A stretch of DNA of 63,564 nucleotides, the filler included, from Reclinomonas americana ATCC 50394 (taxonomy: Eukaryota), in the NCBI GenBank assembly GCA_048213135.1. It is 16 parts of 13 records of this genome, joined end to end, with 100 filler letters (N's around TTAATTAATTAA, not from the genome) between each part and the next. Parts side by side here need not be neighbours in the genome. Positions count along the whole stretch, not along the records: positions 44,314 to 48,617 come from PS016100.1; positions 48,718 to 49,932 come from AFZH01016724.1; positions 50,033 to 55,695 come from PS016101.1; positions 55,796 to 61,086 come from PS016102.1; 12 more parts are not named here. One strand, 5' to 3'. The stretch's first letter is position 1, and each line of letters begins with the position of its first letter. This document shows, piece by piece, positions 44,314 through 57,400 of this stretch. The notes beneath the pieces are model-generated. The model saw nothing but the letters and a program-made list of their open reading frames with translations, was not told the DNA's origin and did not search any database. Position numbers and translations under genes: made by a program.

Positions 44314-46423
44314 TCTCATCGCCACCTGCGCCAGCCACGGGATTCGCCAACGAATCCTTCTTGGCGGCATTGTGCCAGATGACGGACTGGCCGCGCAGCG
44401 TGCCCTCCACCGAGCTGATCACTTGCACGACGTTGTACATGAACAGCGTCGGCCACGACATGAGCCAGTGGAACACGTTGCGCCACAGCGGCACGTGCTC
44501 GTCAATGCCGCCGACGCTCACGCCGACGCGGTCGAGGATGAAGAACACGGTGAAGGCGACGTAGGAGGCGATCAGCGAGCCAATCGCCACCCACTGCAGG
44601 AGGGCGTCGCTGTAGCCGTTGAGTGGACCGCAGGTCGGCAGCGTGTCGCCGTGGTGTCGCCAGATCTGCACGGCGATCTCGCCCGTGACACTCGTGAACA
44701 GTACGGAGCACAGAATGAAGCCGTAGTAGTGCGTGAAGAGCACGTGGTAGCGGAGGCCGGCCCAAAAGTTGAAAAAGCCCTTGCACTGCTTGGCCACAAA
44801 GTAGTGATACACGGCCATCGTGCCGATGCACCAGCGGCGCACCTGGCGGCCCCACTCGTAAAACTCCTCGCGCAGCGTCTCGCCCGACGTCGGCCCGGAG
44901 ATGACGACAATCGGCACCAGCTCCACCGGCACCACCGCCCGCAGCGTCTTCATGCACGTCACAATGTGCACCACGTCGTCCATCACGTGGAACGGGTGGA
45001 TGAAATCGCAGCGGATGAGCAGGTCCACCGAGTAGCTGAAGGTGCTCATCGGGTTCAGCGACTGCCCGATGAGGAAGCCGCACATGAACGCCGTGCGCAT
45101 GATGCCGGTGCAGCGGACGAACCACGGCCGCTGATCCAACTGCAAGTTGTAGAAGAGCGGCGACTGCCAGATGACATCGTGCGGCTTGCGGTGGCACAGA
45201 AANNNNNNNNNNNNNNNNNNNNNNNNNNNNNNNNNNNNNNNNNNNNNNNNNNNNNNNNNNNNNNNNNNNNNNNNNNNNNNNNNNNNNNNNNNNNNNNNNN
45301 NNNNNNNNNNNNNNNNNNNNNNNNNNNNNNNNNNNNNNNNNNNNNNNNNNNNNNNNNNNNNNNNNNNNNNNNNNNNNNNNNNNNNNNNNNNNNNNNNNNN
45401 NNNNNNNNNNNNNNNNNNNNNNNNNNNNNNNNNNNNNNNNNNNNNNNNNNNNNNNNNNNNNNNNNNNNNNNNNNNNNNNNNNNNNNNNNNNNNNNNNNNN
45501 NNNNNNNNNNNNNNNNNNNNNNNNNNNNNNNNNNNNNNNNNNNNNNNNNNNNNNNNNNNNNNNNNNNNNNNNNNNNNNNNNNNNNNNNNNNNNNNNNNNN
45601 NNNNNNNTTGGTAGCCCACACACTCAAAGTAGTTCGGCGGGAACACCGTGTCGGTGTCGCACGAGGTGCAGATCATGGCCTCGCGATCCAACTCGCCGCG
45701 ATCGGCCAACCGCTGCACCACCTGCCGCCACGCGTAGTTGCTGTTGCTGCACGAGCCCGGCCGCTCCATGGGACACCAGTTGCGCGGATGCCGCGTCACC
45801 ACCAGGTCGTGAAACACGCCGTCAAACTCGGCATAGAACGCCGCATCGTACTCGGCCGGCGAGCCCTCCTCCAAGCCGACGACCACCACCAAATCGCGCA
45901 CCACACTCTGCGCACGCAGCGAGTTGATTGTGCTAAACATGAGCTCCAGTGGCTCCTTGTAGCCTCGCATCAGCACGAGGTGCTTGAGGCGCGCCGCACG
46001 CGAGTCACCCGCCGGATACAGTGCTCTCCACGAGGTCACCTTGCGCGCGGCATACAACTTGCTCATCACACGAATGCACGTGCACGCCGTGTACAACAGC
46101 ACCGCGCTGCCATACAACTGCATCACCATCACGAACTGAAGGCCGGACTTGCACGCCAGCGGCAGCAGGTAGAAGGGGAGGAGAGGGAGACCAAACACAA
46201 AGAGAACTGTCCACAGAATCGACCAGCGCACGTAGGCTTGCACGGGCTTTTCGCCGCGTGTGGGTCGCACGTAAAAGTCTTGCTGGTAGGCTTGCTCGGA
46301 GGCGTGGCGGCCGAGAGTGGCGGCGCGACGCATGACAGCGCTGCTCGCGCCACTGCTCCAACTGCGAGTGGAGCGCGTCTCCGAGAGCGCTTGCTCGTGG
46401 GGGGTGAGGAGCGGGTTGTCCAT
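44314..46423 (-). CDS. Multi-pass membrane glycosyltransferase family 2; internal N gap, 3' truncated
   Basis: N-terminal TMs, HLVLMRGYKE, VVVGLEE, TRHP...ERPGSCSN, TSCDTD (DxD), IWQSP, FSYS, MDD, QVRRW (QxxRW) and C-terminal TMs. No introns in the sequenced parts. Confidence 0.85.
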
Positions 46424-47509
46424 GGGTGGAGGGAGGAGGGGGAAGGGTGCGTGCGTGTGCACGTGTGTGAAGGGAAAGGGTGGGGGTCGGTGATTTTTCG
46501 GTCTCGGAGTGTATTTCCGACAGATTGAATGCAGTGCAGCAGTCGTCGAAACTGAGTCAAACAAGTGGGGGAAAGGGGATGGAAGAGGGAGAGACGGTGG
46601 TGGGTCCGGAGGTGAGAGGGTGGTGGTGAGACACAGTAAGAATTCGAACATGACAGCGCGCGGAGTTGCGCACTTGCCATATGCATGGAAGCAGAACGTA
46701 CGTGCACTGCAGCACTGACAATGAACCTTCGATATTCGTCATCGAGTGGATAGTGGCTGCAGCAGTGAGCCCACTGCCGGTCAAAGTCGACAGGAAAGGT
46801 TGCGATATCGCGATATCGAAATTGCGTAGATCTAGAGATCCTGCTGGCAATCAGGCTCAAAACCAGAACCAAGCAAACAATCTCCCACCCGCAGCAGCTG
46901 CGCCACAGCCTCCAAGCAACTAGAACCATCGCGCCACTACTGCAGCACCCAGCTTCATCGAGTTCAGGGTCGGGCCGCTGACACTATTTGCGCCACGAAA
47001 TCCTCTCGAGGCCAACTCGCGTTTGACTGGCTTTGCCTCCTGAAAGGGAAGATTACTGTTGGAGAAGAGTAATTACGTGTCTATATATTGTTGGTGTGCC
47101 AAGGTCATTGTCGGCAAGGGATTTGTGGACATTTATCGCATTATTGCAATGTGGTGAATGAAGTGTTTGTTTTTGCTGTCCTCAGCACTGCACGTTGACG
47201 TTGATGCTTTGGATGTGGCGCAGTTGAGCAGCTGCAGATTGCCGTCAGCCTGGATCCTCGAGCTTGACATCGCATGCGCGTCGCGATCGGGTCTGAAGCT
47301 GGCGTCCACTCCCGGGCCCAGTTTTGCCAAAACTCCGAGCAAATGCACGCACTTCAAGACGTGACGTCAATCGAGGACATCAACGATGATGATGACACCA
47401 CACGCAGGCGAGTCTGCTTGACGTCCTGCATCCAACACCGGCGTGCAACGAAGGCGTTTGTTGTCATGTTGTCCCGCATCTCCTATCCAATAAATACATT
47501 TGCTCGTCG

Positions 47510-48263
47510 ATGAGCGACGCACAGGGCGATTATCAGTTGCTTCCCCCGCTCCCTCTCTCTCACACACCCCCTCTCCTCTCCCCTCCACTCACTCCACCTC
47601 CCCACACGCACACACATACACAGCGTGGCCTTCCTGGCCACTCCGCCCACCACCACCACCACCTCCTCCTCGCGCTCCTGCTGGAGCGACTGCTACTGCT
47701 GCCCCGACGCCTGCGGCTGCACCAGCACCCACTGGTGTCGCACCGCGCACTGCTGCTGCTGGCTGTTCTCCTGCGCGCCCTCCATGGCCGTGTGCACCGG
47801 CTGCGCCGCCTTCTTCTGCCCCTTCATGTGCTGCTGCTACACACTCGCCGGCGGGCCCTGCAGCGAGACCGTGCGCGTGCTCACCCACACCGTGTGCTTC
47901 CCGTGTCGCTTCGCCCCGTGGCTGGTGTGGTCGTGGACGGACTCGTGCAACATCCTGTCCAAGTCCAACACCGACAATTGCTGCAAGGGATGCGATCCGC
48001 CGAGCCCCGGCGAGATTACCGTGGCCGGTCACAACTGCTGCTGCTGCAGTTGCTGTCAGGGCGATCAGCTGGCGGGCGCCGGCGCGATGATGGTGATTGT
48101 GCAGGCCGATCGTGAGGCCGCGGCTCCCAATGTGAAGCCGATGGGAGGTGGCGGAGGTGAGGTGGCGGCGGCGGCGGCGGCGGCTCCAGCAGAGTCGGCG
48201 ACGGACTTTTACGTGGACAAGAATGGAGTGAGGAGACCAATGCCGCCAATGAACAGGTGGTAG
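47510..48263 (+). CDS. Cysteine-rich protein of unknown function, 2 exons
   Basis: Exon 47510-47535 (MSDAQGDY) splices in phase 2 at CA|GTTGCT...CAG to a GC3-rich exon with many CC/CCC clusters. TAG at 48263. Confidence 0.65.
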
Positions 48264-48469
48264 TAGGGTGGCATGGATGCGGAAGGGAGGGTCGAAAAAG
48301 AAAGAGTGTACAAAATGTACATATGCATGGGCTTTTCGATATAACGATACAATTCATTCACGCAACAACAGCTGTCTTGATGAGCAAGTCCAACCATGAC
48401 AGGCTCAAACCAATTGCAAGTGAGAGCCGGGAGTCGCGAAAAAGGAACCAAGAGGGGGCGCATTATACG

Positions 48470-49175
48470 GCAGTTTCTCTTGCAGAAGCGCCAGCATTTG
48501 CCGGCGCCATCTCAACTTTCTCTCGCCGTTTCCGTGAGTTTAAGATCATCATGCAGCTGTGTTGCTGCTTGGATTAGTAATAACCATGCTTGTCGACATG
48601 CCATGAGCGCGTAGCCANNNNNNNNNNNNNNNNNNNNNNNNNNNNNNNNNNNNNNNNNNNNTTAATTAATTAANNNNNNNNNNNNNNNNNNNNNNNNNNN
48701 NNNNNNNNNNNNNNNNNTTTTTTCCGAGGAGAGATGTCTCAGTGGTGCTCACTCAAGATGCTGCTCATCGTGCAGCTGTGTTGCTGTTTGGATTAGTAGT
48801 ATCCATGCTTGGCATGAGCTCGAGCCGTGGTTTCTCTGCAGAAACGCATGCGGACGCCAGCTGCAGCATTTTTGCCAGCTGGATCCATGGACTTTTTGCT
48901 CGTTATTTTCCACGATGTCTCAGTGGTGCTCACTCAAGATGCTACTCATTGTGCAGCTGTGTTGCTGTTTGGATTAGTAATATATATCCGTGCTTGGCAT
49001 GAGCTCGAGCCACACGCGTACGCGCTGCGTGGTTTCGAATTCGAATTCGCAGCAAATTCTCTGCAGAAACGCGCAGCTCGCCAGCATTTGCCATCTCGAC
49101 TTTTTCTCACCGCTTAATGTCTGAGTTTCTGGCGCTCACTCACGATGCTGCTCATCATGCAGCTGCGTTGCCGTT
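48470..49175. repeat. Degenerate ~180-220-bp tandem repeat
   Basis: atgtctcagtggtgctcactcaagatgct...gcagctgtgttgctgtttggattagta occurs near 48734 and 48915, with degenerate copies near 48545 and 49117. Confidence 0.75.
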
Positions 49176-49253
49176 TGTATGTTGCACACATGCAAGTGCC
49201 CGTCCCTTTGCGTGAATTTTCACACACTTTATTACTTTGTTTGCGCTTTGACA

Positions 49254-49885
49254 ATGTGCTGGTCCAAGGAAGCCTCTGGCATTCTCACCCTCGTCGGCCT
49301 CCTCGCCACTCTCTTCCACGTGTGGCGCGGCAACCGTTATCATGCCACTCTGTTGCGTTTCTCTCGCTGTCATCATGCAAGGAAGAAAGAAGAAGAAGGT
49401 GGCTCATTGGGTGTGTGTTTGTGTGCAGGTTTTACACTGTGCGTGTGTGTGTGTGAGAGAGAGACAGAGATAAACAGAGAGTGTGTGTTGTGTTGTGTGT
49501 GTGTGCGTGTGTTTGTGTTTGTGTGTGTGTGTCATGACTTTTGTTTTGTGTGTGCAGATTATGGAGGCATGGCAGTTCTTGCAAGTTGCGTGTGTTTGTG
49601 TGTGAGTGTGTGTGTTTGTTGGCAAACTGCAGTTTGGTTTTTTCTTTTGCATTTGCCTTTTTTGTTGTTTGTTGTGTTTACTTGCTCTCTCTCTCTTGTG
49701 CGCGCGCTTTTTTCTTCCTGTTAGTCTCTCTCTCTCACGTGCTCTCTTGTGCGTGTGTCATGAGATTGTCAGTCATGTTGCATGCGTGCATCAGTTATGC
49801 ATTCATCAATCATGCACGGAACTCATGCATTTTGCATGCATTTTTCTCATGTTTCACACGCTCACACACTTACACACAGATACTC

Positions 49886-49922
<37 letters not shown>

Positions 49923-50221
49923 GTTACACTCGNNNNNNNNNNNNNNNNNNNNNNNNNNNNNNNNNNNNNNNNNNNNTTAATTAATTAANNNNNNNNNNNN
50001 NNNNNNNNNNNNNNNNNNNNNNNNNNNNNNNNCCTCGCAGACCTGCACGACCATGGGCGTGATGCACATCAAGTGGGGCTGGCGCGGTGTCAGCGTTGCG
50101 TCTGATCCCTATTGTCTTTCATCGCCCAGTGCAACTCACTCTTCTGTTATCTGCGTAGTTTGGTGGCCTGGAGCCGACCTTCTACGTTGCGTACACGCAT
50201 CCATGTGCCCTTTCTCGCGCT

Positions 50222-50264
<43 letters not shown>

Positions 50265-50358
50265 CCCTTTCAGGCGCTCTCTCTCACTCGTCCCTCTACC
50301 TCTCTCCTCTCTCCTCTGTCTGTCTGTCTCGTTCTCTCACTCGCCCGTTCTCCCTTTA

Positions 50359-50390
<32 letters not shown>

Positions 50391-51223
50391 CGAGTGTGTA
50401 TGTGTGTGTGTCCTCTCAGGCGCTCTCTCACTTGTCCACTCTACCTCTCTCCTCTGTCTGTCTGTCTCGTTCTCTCACTCTCTCACTCGCCCTCTCTACA
50501 TGCCTCCCTTACGCGCACTCTCCCTTTCTCCACAGTCTGTCTGTCTCTTTCTCTCACTCTCTAACTCGCCCTCTCTGCGTGCCTCCCTCGCACGCACTCT
50601 CCCTTTCTCCACAGTCTGTCTGTCTCTTTCTCTTACTCTCCCACTCGCCCTCTCTCCTCTCTTTCTCTCTCTCTTTCTATTCTCACCATCCTTCCGCCAC
50701 ATCTTTCCTCCCGCCCTACTCCTCCTACTTTCTTTTCTTCACCCCCTCTCTTTCCTCCCTCCGACCCTATACCTTCCACTTTCTTCTCTTCATGCCCCCC
50801 CTTTCCCCCTCTCCTCACCCCACCTCACCCTTTCCCTCATGCTTTCCCTCCTCCTCTCCTCACCCGTTCCCTCATCCCCTCCACGCAGGTCTGGCTCATG
50901 ACCGTCATCATCCCGTGCCTCTTCTGGAAGCCACGCGCCTCGGGCATCTTTGTCATTCTCGGCACGTTCTTCGGCTTTGGCCTCTCGTGGTACTTGGTCG
51001 GCCTGACGGGCGAGGCCTACTCCTTCTGGTGTGCCATCAGGTAACCCACCTACCGCTTCTCCCCTCCGCTGCTCTCCTCCGTCCTCCTCACACACCTCCT
51101 CCCCACAGCATCCCGCTGTCGCTCTTCTCGCTCTTCGCCCACCTGCTGCCGTCGCTGCACGACGCCGCCAAGGGCGAAACTGCCGGCAAGCCGACCAAGG
51201 GCGGCAAGAGCAAGACCCATTAG
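49254..51223 (+). CDS. Small multi-pass membrane protein resembling the MCWS..AS / ME..Q / H..W / S.WC family (DUF5765/DUF6629-like); middle exons likely lost in the spacer
   Basis: Exons 49254-49351, 49429-49438, 49558-49584, 50041-50094, 50889-51040 and 51109-51223 give MCWSKEAS...LFYTIMEAWQFLQ...CTTMGVMHIKWGW...EAYSFWCAIS...KSKTH. Family assignment is from motif recall only. Confidence 0.7.
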
Positions 51224-51379
51224 AGAGAGACCGGGAGTCGATTTTTCCCTCCGCACTCCTTCTCCTTTTTTTTTTACCACCAGCCCCCCTCTTACGACTC
51301 TTCTTTATCTTTAGAAGGACGAGCCCCTGTCTCCGCATTCACCCCTCATGTTGATGAACGACGACAAAATTGTGTCTTC

Positions 51380-52396
51380 AGGTTCCGAATGTCGGTTGCT
51401 TCAGTTTCCAGCATGCAAATTTGCAGTTGGCAACAGCAAATCGACGATGATCATAGTGATGAAGACGACGTCGACGAGGAAGACGAGGATGTGGTTCTTG
51501 AAGGCGCATTGTTCTCCAGCACGAACAGTATTTCGAAAAGTTTTCGATATCGAAATCGAACAAATGCAAACATTGCTCTCAATAGTGCAAGTGAACAGCT
51601 TACGACATCACAACAGCTGTAGCATCGTATGTGTATATCACTTGGCTGTGCGCTTTGCAGGTTTGCAAAACTTGTAATACTTGCAGGTCTTCCCGCGCAT
51701 TTTTGACGGTTACGATTGCTCGCGCGTGTGAGTGACAGATAAGATAGAAGCCCAGCACGATACACAGCAGGATGGCCTCACATCATGTGCTTGTGCCTCC
51801 ACTGGCTCTCTCACGTCTCCTTGCACCTCCACAAGAACAACAACAACAGCATGATCGCAGTGAAGAAGACGATGTCCATGAAGAAGACGAGGATGATGAA
51901 GACGAAGACGATGCCGATGATGTTGTTGTTGTTGTGCTTGAGCAATGTTCTCCGGCATGTACAGTATTTCAAAAAGTTTTCGATATCGAAATCGAACAAA
52001 TGCAAACATTGCTCTCAAAAGCGCAAGTGATCCACATGCGAGATCGCAACAGTGATTGCATCGTCTGTGTACCACTAGGCTGTGCGTTTCCTGGGTTGCA
52101 AAACACACGAAAACACGCAAGTCTTCCCGCGCATTTTTGACGGTTACGATTGCTCGCGCGTGTGAGTGACAGATAGAAAGCCCGCTGCACGATAGAAGGA
52201 TGGCCTCACAAGGCGCTCACGTGCTTGTGCCTCCACTGGCCCTCTCACGTCTCCTTGCACCAGAACCTCCACCACCACAACAGCAAATCGATGATCGCAG
52301 TGACGAAGACGATGTCGATGAAGAAGACGAGGATGATGATGAAGACGATGACGATGTTGTTGTGGTTCGTGTAGGCGCGCCTTCCATGAGCAATGG
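51380..52396 (+). repeat. ~430-bp tandem repeat (about 2.5 units, runs into a gap)
   Basis: Units restart at ggatggcctcac near 51770 and 52198; shared gaagacga acidic-codon tract, ttttcgatatcgaaatcgaacaaatgcaaacattgctctc and gtcttcccgcgcatttttgacggttacgattgctcgcgcgtgtgagtgacagat. Confidence 0.9.
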
Positions 52397-54021
52397 NNNN
52401 NNNNNNNNNNNNNNNNNNNNNNNNNNNNNNNNNNNNNNNNNNNNNNNNNNNNNNNNNNNNNNNNNNNNNNNNNNNNNNNNNNNNNNNNNNNNNNNNNNNN
52501 NNNNNNNNNNNNNNNNNNNNNNNNNNNNNNNNNNNNNNNNNNNNNNNNNNNNNNNNNNNNNNNNNNNNNNNNNNNNNNNNNNNNNNNNNNNNNNNNNNNN
52601 NNNNNNNNNNNNNNNNNNNNNNNNNNNNNNNNNNNNNNNNNNNNNNNNNNNNNNNNNNNNNNNNNNNNNNNNNNNNNNNNNNNNNNNNNNNNNNNNNNNN
52701 NNNNNNNNNNNNNNNNNNNNNNNNNNNNNNNNNNNNNNNNNNNNNNNNNNNNNNNNNNNNNNNNNNNNNNNNNNNNNNNNNNNNNNNNNNNNNNNNNNNN
52801 NNNNNNNNNNNNNNNNNNNNNNNNNNNNNNNNNNNNNNNNNNNNNNNNNNNNNNNNNNNNNNNNNNNNNNNNNNNNNNNNNNNNNNNNNNNNNNNNNNNN
52901 NNNNNNNNNNNNNNNNNNNNNNNNNNNNNNNNNNNNNNNNNNNNNNNNNNNNNNNNNNNNNNNNNNNNNNNNNNNNNNNNNNNNNNNNNNNNNNNNNNNN
53001 NNNNNNNNNNNNNNNNNNNNNNNNNNNNNNNNNNNNNNNNNNNNNNNNNNNNNNNNNNNNNNNNNNNNNNNNNNNNNNNNNNNNNNNNNNNNNNNNNNNN
53101 NNNNNNNNNNNNNNNNNNNNNNNNNNNNNNNNNNNNNNNNNNNNNNNNNNNNNNNNNNNNNNNNNNNNNNNNNNNNNNNNNNNNNNNNNNNNNNNNNNNN
53201 NNNNNNNNNNNNNNNNNNNNNNNNNNNTAAGATCGATTTTGCTGCGCAGTGATCTCCCCCTCCCCTCCTCTCCCCTTCTCTCTCTCTCTCTCTGCGTCCC
53301 TCTCACGCTATGATCGTCTTTCTGCGTCCCTCTCACGCTAGGCTTTCTCATTATCGATCTCTAATTCGTTTCTTTCAGCCTTTCTTTTCTGAGTTGTGAG
53401 GATCGTTCTCTCCCCACCCCCCTCCTCTCTCTCCCACCCCCTCTCTTTCTCGCTCTCTGCGCCTCTCTCAGGCTGTGATCATCTGTGATTTCTCCTGTCG
53501 ATCTCTAATTCGTTTCCCTTGCTTCTGTTGACGATGATCGTTCACTCTCTCTCCTTCCCTCGCTCTCTTCCTCTCTCATTATCTGCACCTCTTCTCTATG
53601 AGCCCTCTCAAGCTGTAATCGTCAACAAGTGTGACCATCGGTTTCCTCTTTCACACAAGGGATGTGGTCGATCACTCGCAGGCTGCTTTCTCTCTGTCTC
53701 TCTCTCTCTCTCTCCTTGCGCACTCTCGTTGTCATTTCACCTCTTTCCTGTGCCTCCCCAAGCCATGATTACGAGCAAGTGCGATCTCCTTTCCATCGAT
53801 CTCGAATTCGTTCTATCTCTCCTTCTCTCTCTCCACTCTTCTCTCTCCTATGCGCTGGCTTGATGAGAAAACGGAGGTCAACCACACCCTGTATCCATTC
53901 TCCGTCGTTTCTCTCTCGCTCCCTTTATCCACCGCTTTCCCGGGTGTCTGTTGAGACGTCTCCGAGCGACCATGATTCCCTTATTCTTCCTCCCCTCCTT
54001 TAATCGTAATCATGAGTACAT

Positions 54022-54057
<36 letters not shown>

Positions 54058-54406
54058 CAGCCTGTGTATATTTATAATTCACTTACTCCACATGTCAAGT
54101 CTCCTCTCGTCGCTCTCTTGGTTTCTGATATCTCTTGCCAATTTCTCTTCCAATCCGTGTCTTCATTCTCGCTCTCATCCTCATATATTGGAGAATACCC
54201 CACTTCAGTTTCTTCATGTTACCTCCAGTATTCTCCCTCCTCATCCTCCCCCCTCCCCTTTCCTCCCCCTCACCTCTCTCTTTCTTTTTCTCCTCCTCCC
54301 CGCATCCCTCCTTTCCCGCCCACCTGTCCCAATTTCTCCGCTTATTCCCTCCCTTTCCCCCCTTTCCTTTCCCCCTTTCCTCCCCCTCACTTCCCCCCCT
54401 TCACAG

Positions 54407-57400
54407 CCCTCACCTCCGACGTCGACGACACGGAAGAATCAGGCTCGTGCGGAGACGACGAGGCCGACGACGAGGACTACGAGCGCGACGACGGCGCGGG
54501 ACTCTCCTCACCTTCACGCACCCACGCCGCAGCTCCTCCTCTTCACCAACCGCAGCAGCCAAACAGCGCAATGGGTTCCTCATCGTCGCGCGTCAAGATT
54601 CCCTCACTCCACCTCCACCGTGTTGTCTCGGCGCCCGTCGGCGAGAGCGATCAGAACAACAACAATGCGAGCACGACGACCACCACGACCACGACCGCCA
54701 CCACGACAGCCACAGCCACCAATACCGCAGCCGCCACCGCACCGTCAGGGTCACACAAGCCAGTCAGGTGTGTTCGTGGAGCGATGACAGAGGGAGAGAT
54801 GGTAGAAAGAGAGCGAGAGAGTTATATTTGTGGGCCTGAAAGGAGAGTGACGATTCACTTGTGCATGAGTGAGTTCGTAATGTGCACTCGGTTTGGTAGC
54901 CGACAACACTTTGTAGCAAGTGACGAGAGAAGAGAGAGTGTTGCCCCGTACTCAATGATCTTCTCGTGGGTGTCGAGCAGCGCGAATTCATCGCCGCGCG
55001 GCCTGTCGACGCGCCCGATTCTCGAGGAGGATGCGCTGGTTGAGGCTGTCCGACGACCAAGAAGTTCACTGGCCACGGGAAGAACGTTACGCGCACCATT
55101 CTTCTTGTGGTCAGGCGTCGCCACTCACTTCTTCCACGCCCACAGATCCGAGGAAACATCGCCGCGGGTGCGCTTGGTGGAGCCACCGGAAATAACACCA
55201 CCGACGCCCATGAACGGGAGTGCCTCGTCGACCGCCGTCAGTGATCCATCGTCTCTCATGCCTTCGTCGGCCGCCACCGCGGCCATGGGTATGCCTCCAG
55301 TACCTGCACCGAGCAAGCGGCGGTTGCGTTTGTGTCATCTTTGGTTTCGCACACAGCTGAGCAGTGACTCACCACCTTTCATCCCTCGTGCAGTGTACGG
55401 CGCACCAACTCTGCGCCACCACGCTCGCTTCCCGTCGGCTCGTCGCTGTCGTCATTTCGCAGCTTCATTTTGGATCAGTTTTACACCATCAAGCTCGAGC
55501 CTCCATGTTATACGGAGCGCGAAGTCAACATCAAGAAGCACCAATTCCTGCGAAGAACACTCAAGAAGGTGCGCGACCAGTTCGAAAACGCCAAGCTCGA
55601 GTACGTGGCCTCGCCGAGCAAGAATCTGGACCTGCAGCACAGTTGAGTGCGCAAGAAATTCACGACCGGTGCTGCGCCTGGTGTTCACAATCCTTNNNNN
55701 NNNNNNNNNNNNNNNNNNNNNNNNNNNNNNNNNNNNNNNTTAATTAATTAANNNNNNNNNNNNNNNNNNNNNNNNNNNNNNNNNNNNNNNNNNNNGCTGC
55801 ATGAGGTGCAGAAATCGGAGCGCACGCTGGAGGGCGAAGTGCGCGAGAGCCGCTCGCAGTTTGCCGAGTCGGAGCGGAAATGTGAGGCACTGGCACGCGA
55901 ACTGCGTGTGAAGACCGAGGATCTCGAGTCCAGTCAGGCCGCCGTGTCGCGACTCAAGTCACGCGTCGCATTCCTCGATGCGTGGTCGCGAGTGGGCGCG
56001 CAATCACGTTGCGTTGGGTTTGTCGAGAGAGTCCTGCTCGCCGTTCTCTCATGCGTGGAGGTGTGCAGCGACCACCGAAGGCAAGGTGCAGCTGTCGGCG
56101 TTGGAGTCGCAAAACACGGCGCTGCAAGATAAGCTCGATCAGCTGCGGGCCAACCTGGCGTCCACGAGGGTTCGCGGAGGGGGAAAGAGAGAGGGAGGGA
56201 GAGTAGGGGAGGAAGAGATAGTGAGCGAAGGCGTAATAGGAGTGGGCGGTGTGTTGTAAGACGATGCTTGTGCAGGAGAGGGAGGGAGGGAGAGTGCAAA
56301 TGAGTGAGAGTGAGAGAGTGAGGCGGTTGTCCTCTTTCTCGCTCACTCACTCTCAAGTCTCTGTGGTCCTTCTTATCTCTCGCCTGTCTCACTCCTTCTC
56401 CGCGATGCGACAAATTCCCTCACTCACTCACTGACCTGTCTCTGCGGTCCTTTCTCTCTCTCTCCCCTCTCCCTCATTACTCACTATCGCCTCCCTCGCC
56501 CTTCAGCATCAATGTCAACAACTCGAAGAGGACAAGAACCTGTTGCGCGCCGAACTCGAAGCCGCACGAGCGGCAGTAATTGATGATGTTGCGTTTCTCC
56601 CTCCCTTGTCCTTCTCTCTTTCCCATTTTTCCCTTTCCCTCACTCGTTCACCGCGCAGCAAAAGACCAGCAAGACGGCCTTTTCACAGGTATCAGCCCAG
56701 GTACGCCGCGTGGAGGAGCGCCTGGTGGCCGACCGCACCGCCGAGTCCGAGGTGGTCAGGCAACTGCGTGGAGAGCTGGACAAGGCACGCATGGAGATTA
56801 CCTTGTTGCATAGCGCACAGGCATCGGTGAGCTACTTGGTGCAGGGCGCATATTGTGGTCTTTTCAGTCGCTCATTTTATAGATTCAGGAGCACCGCAAG
56901 TCACCCATTGCCATGAAGCCGGATGCTGGTGTGCTGCTGGAGCTGGATAGTGTCACGGAGGTGCGTAGATGGTCTTTCTGTGAATGTTGCAGCAGTCTCT
57001 TGTGCATTATGATTTTTCCTGTGTTTCGCCTTTTCCCTATTCTCCTCTCATTCTTTTTCTCACTCTCTTGTTCCCTTCCTCCTTCTTCCTTTCTCTCTCT
57101 CTCTCTCTTCCCTCTTTCCCCCCACTTTGTCGGCCTTCTTTTTCTCACTCTCTTGACAATTTCTCCTCTGTCCCCCCTTTCCCCTTCTCCCTTCTCCCCA
57201 CCCCTTCCCACTTTCCCTCACCCCTTCTCCTTCTCGTATCCCCCCTTTCGCAGGGCCTGAGCGCCGCCCAAGCCGTCATGGTCAACGCCGTGGAGGAGGT
57301 AACGCGTATGCGCACACTGCACAACTCGGTGCTGGACCAGATGCGCGAATGCCGCGAGACCATTGAGGAGCTGCAAATGGCGCTGGAGCACAGCGTGGCC

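Noticed and set aside
45203..45607. A 135-aa unknown insertion in the GT2
   Set aside because: The flanks join directly in frame (GYQ-FLC), so the gap is probably overestimated or intronic.
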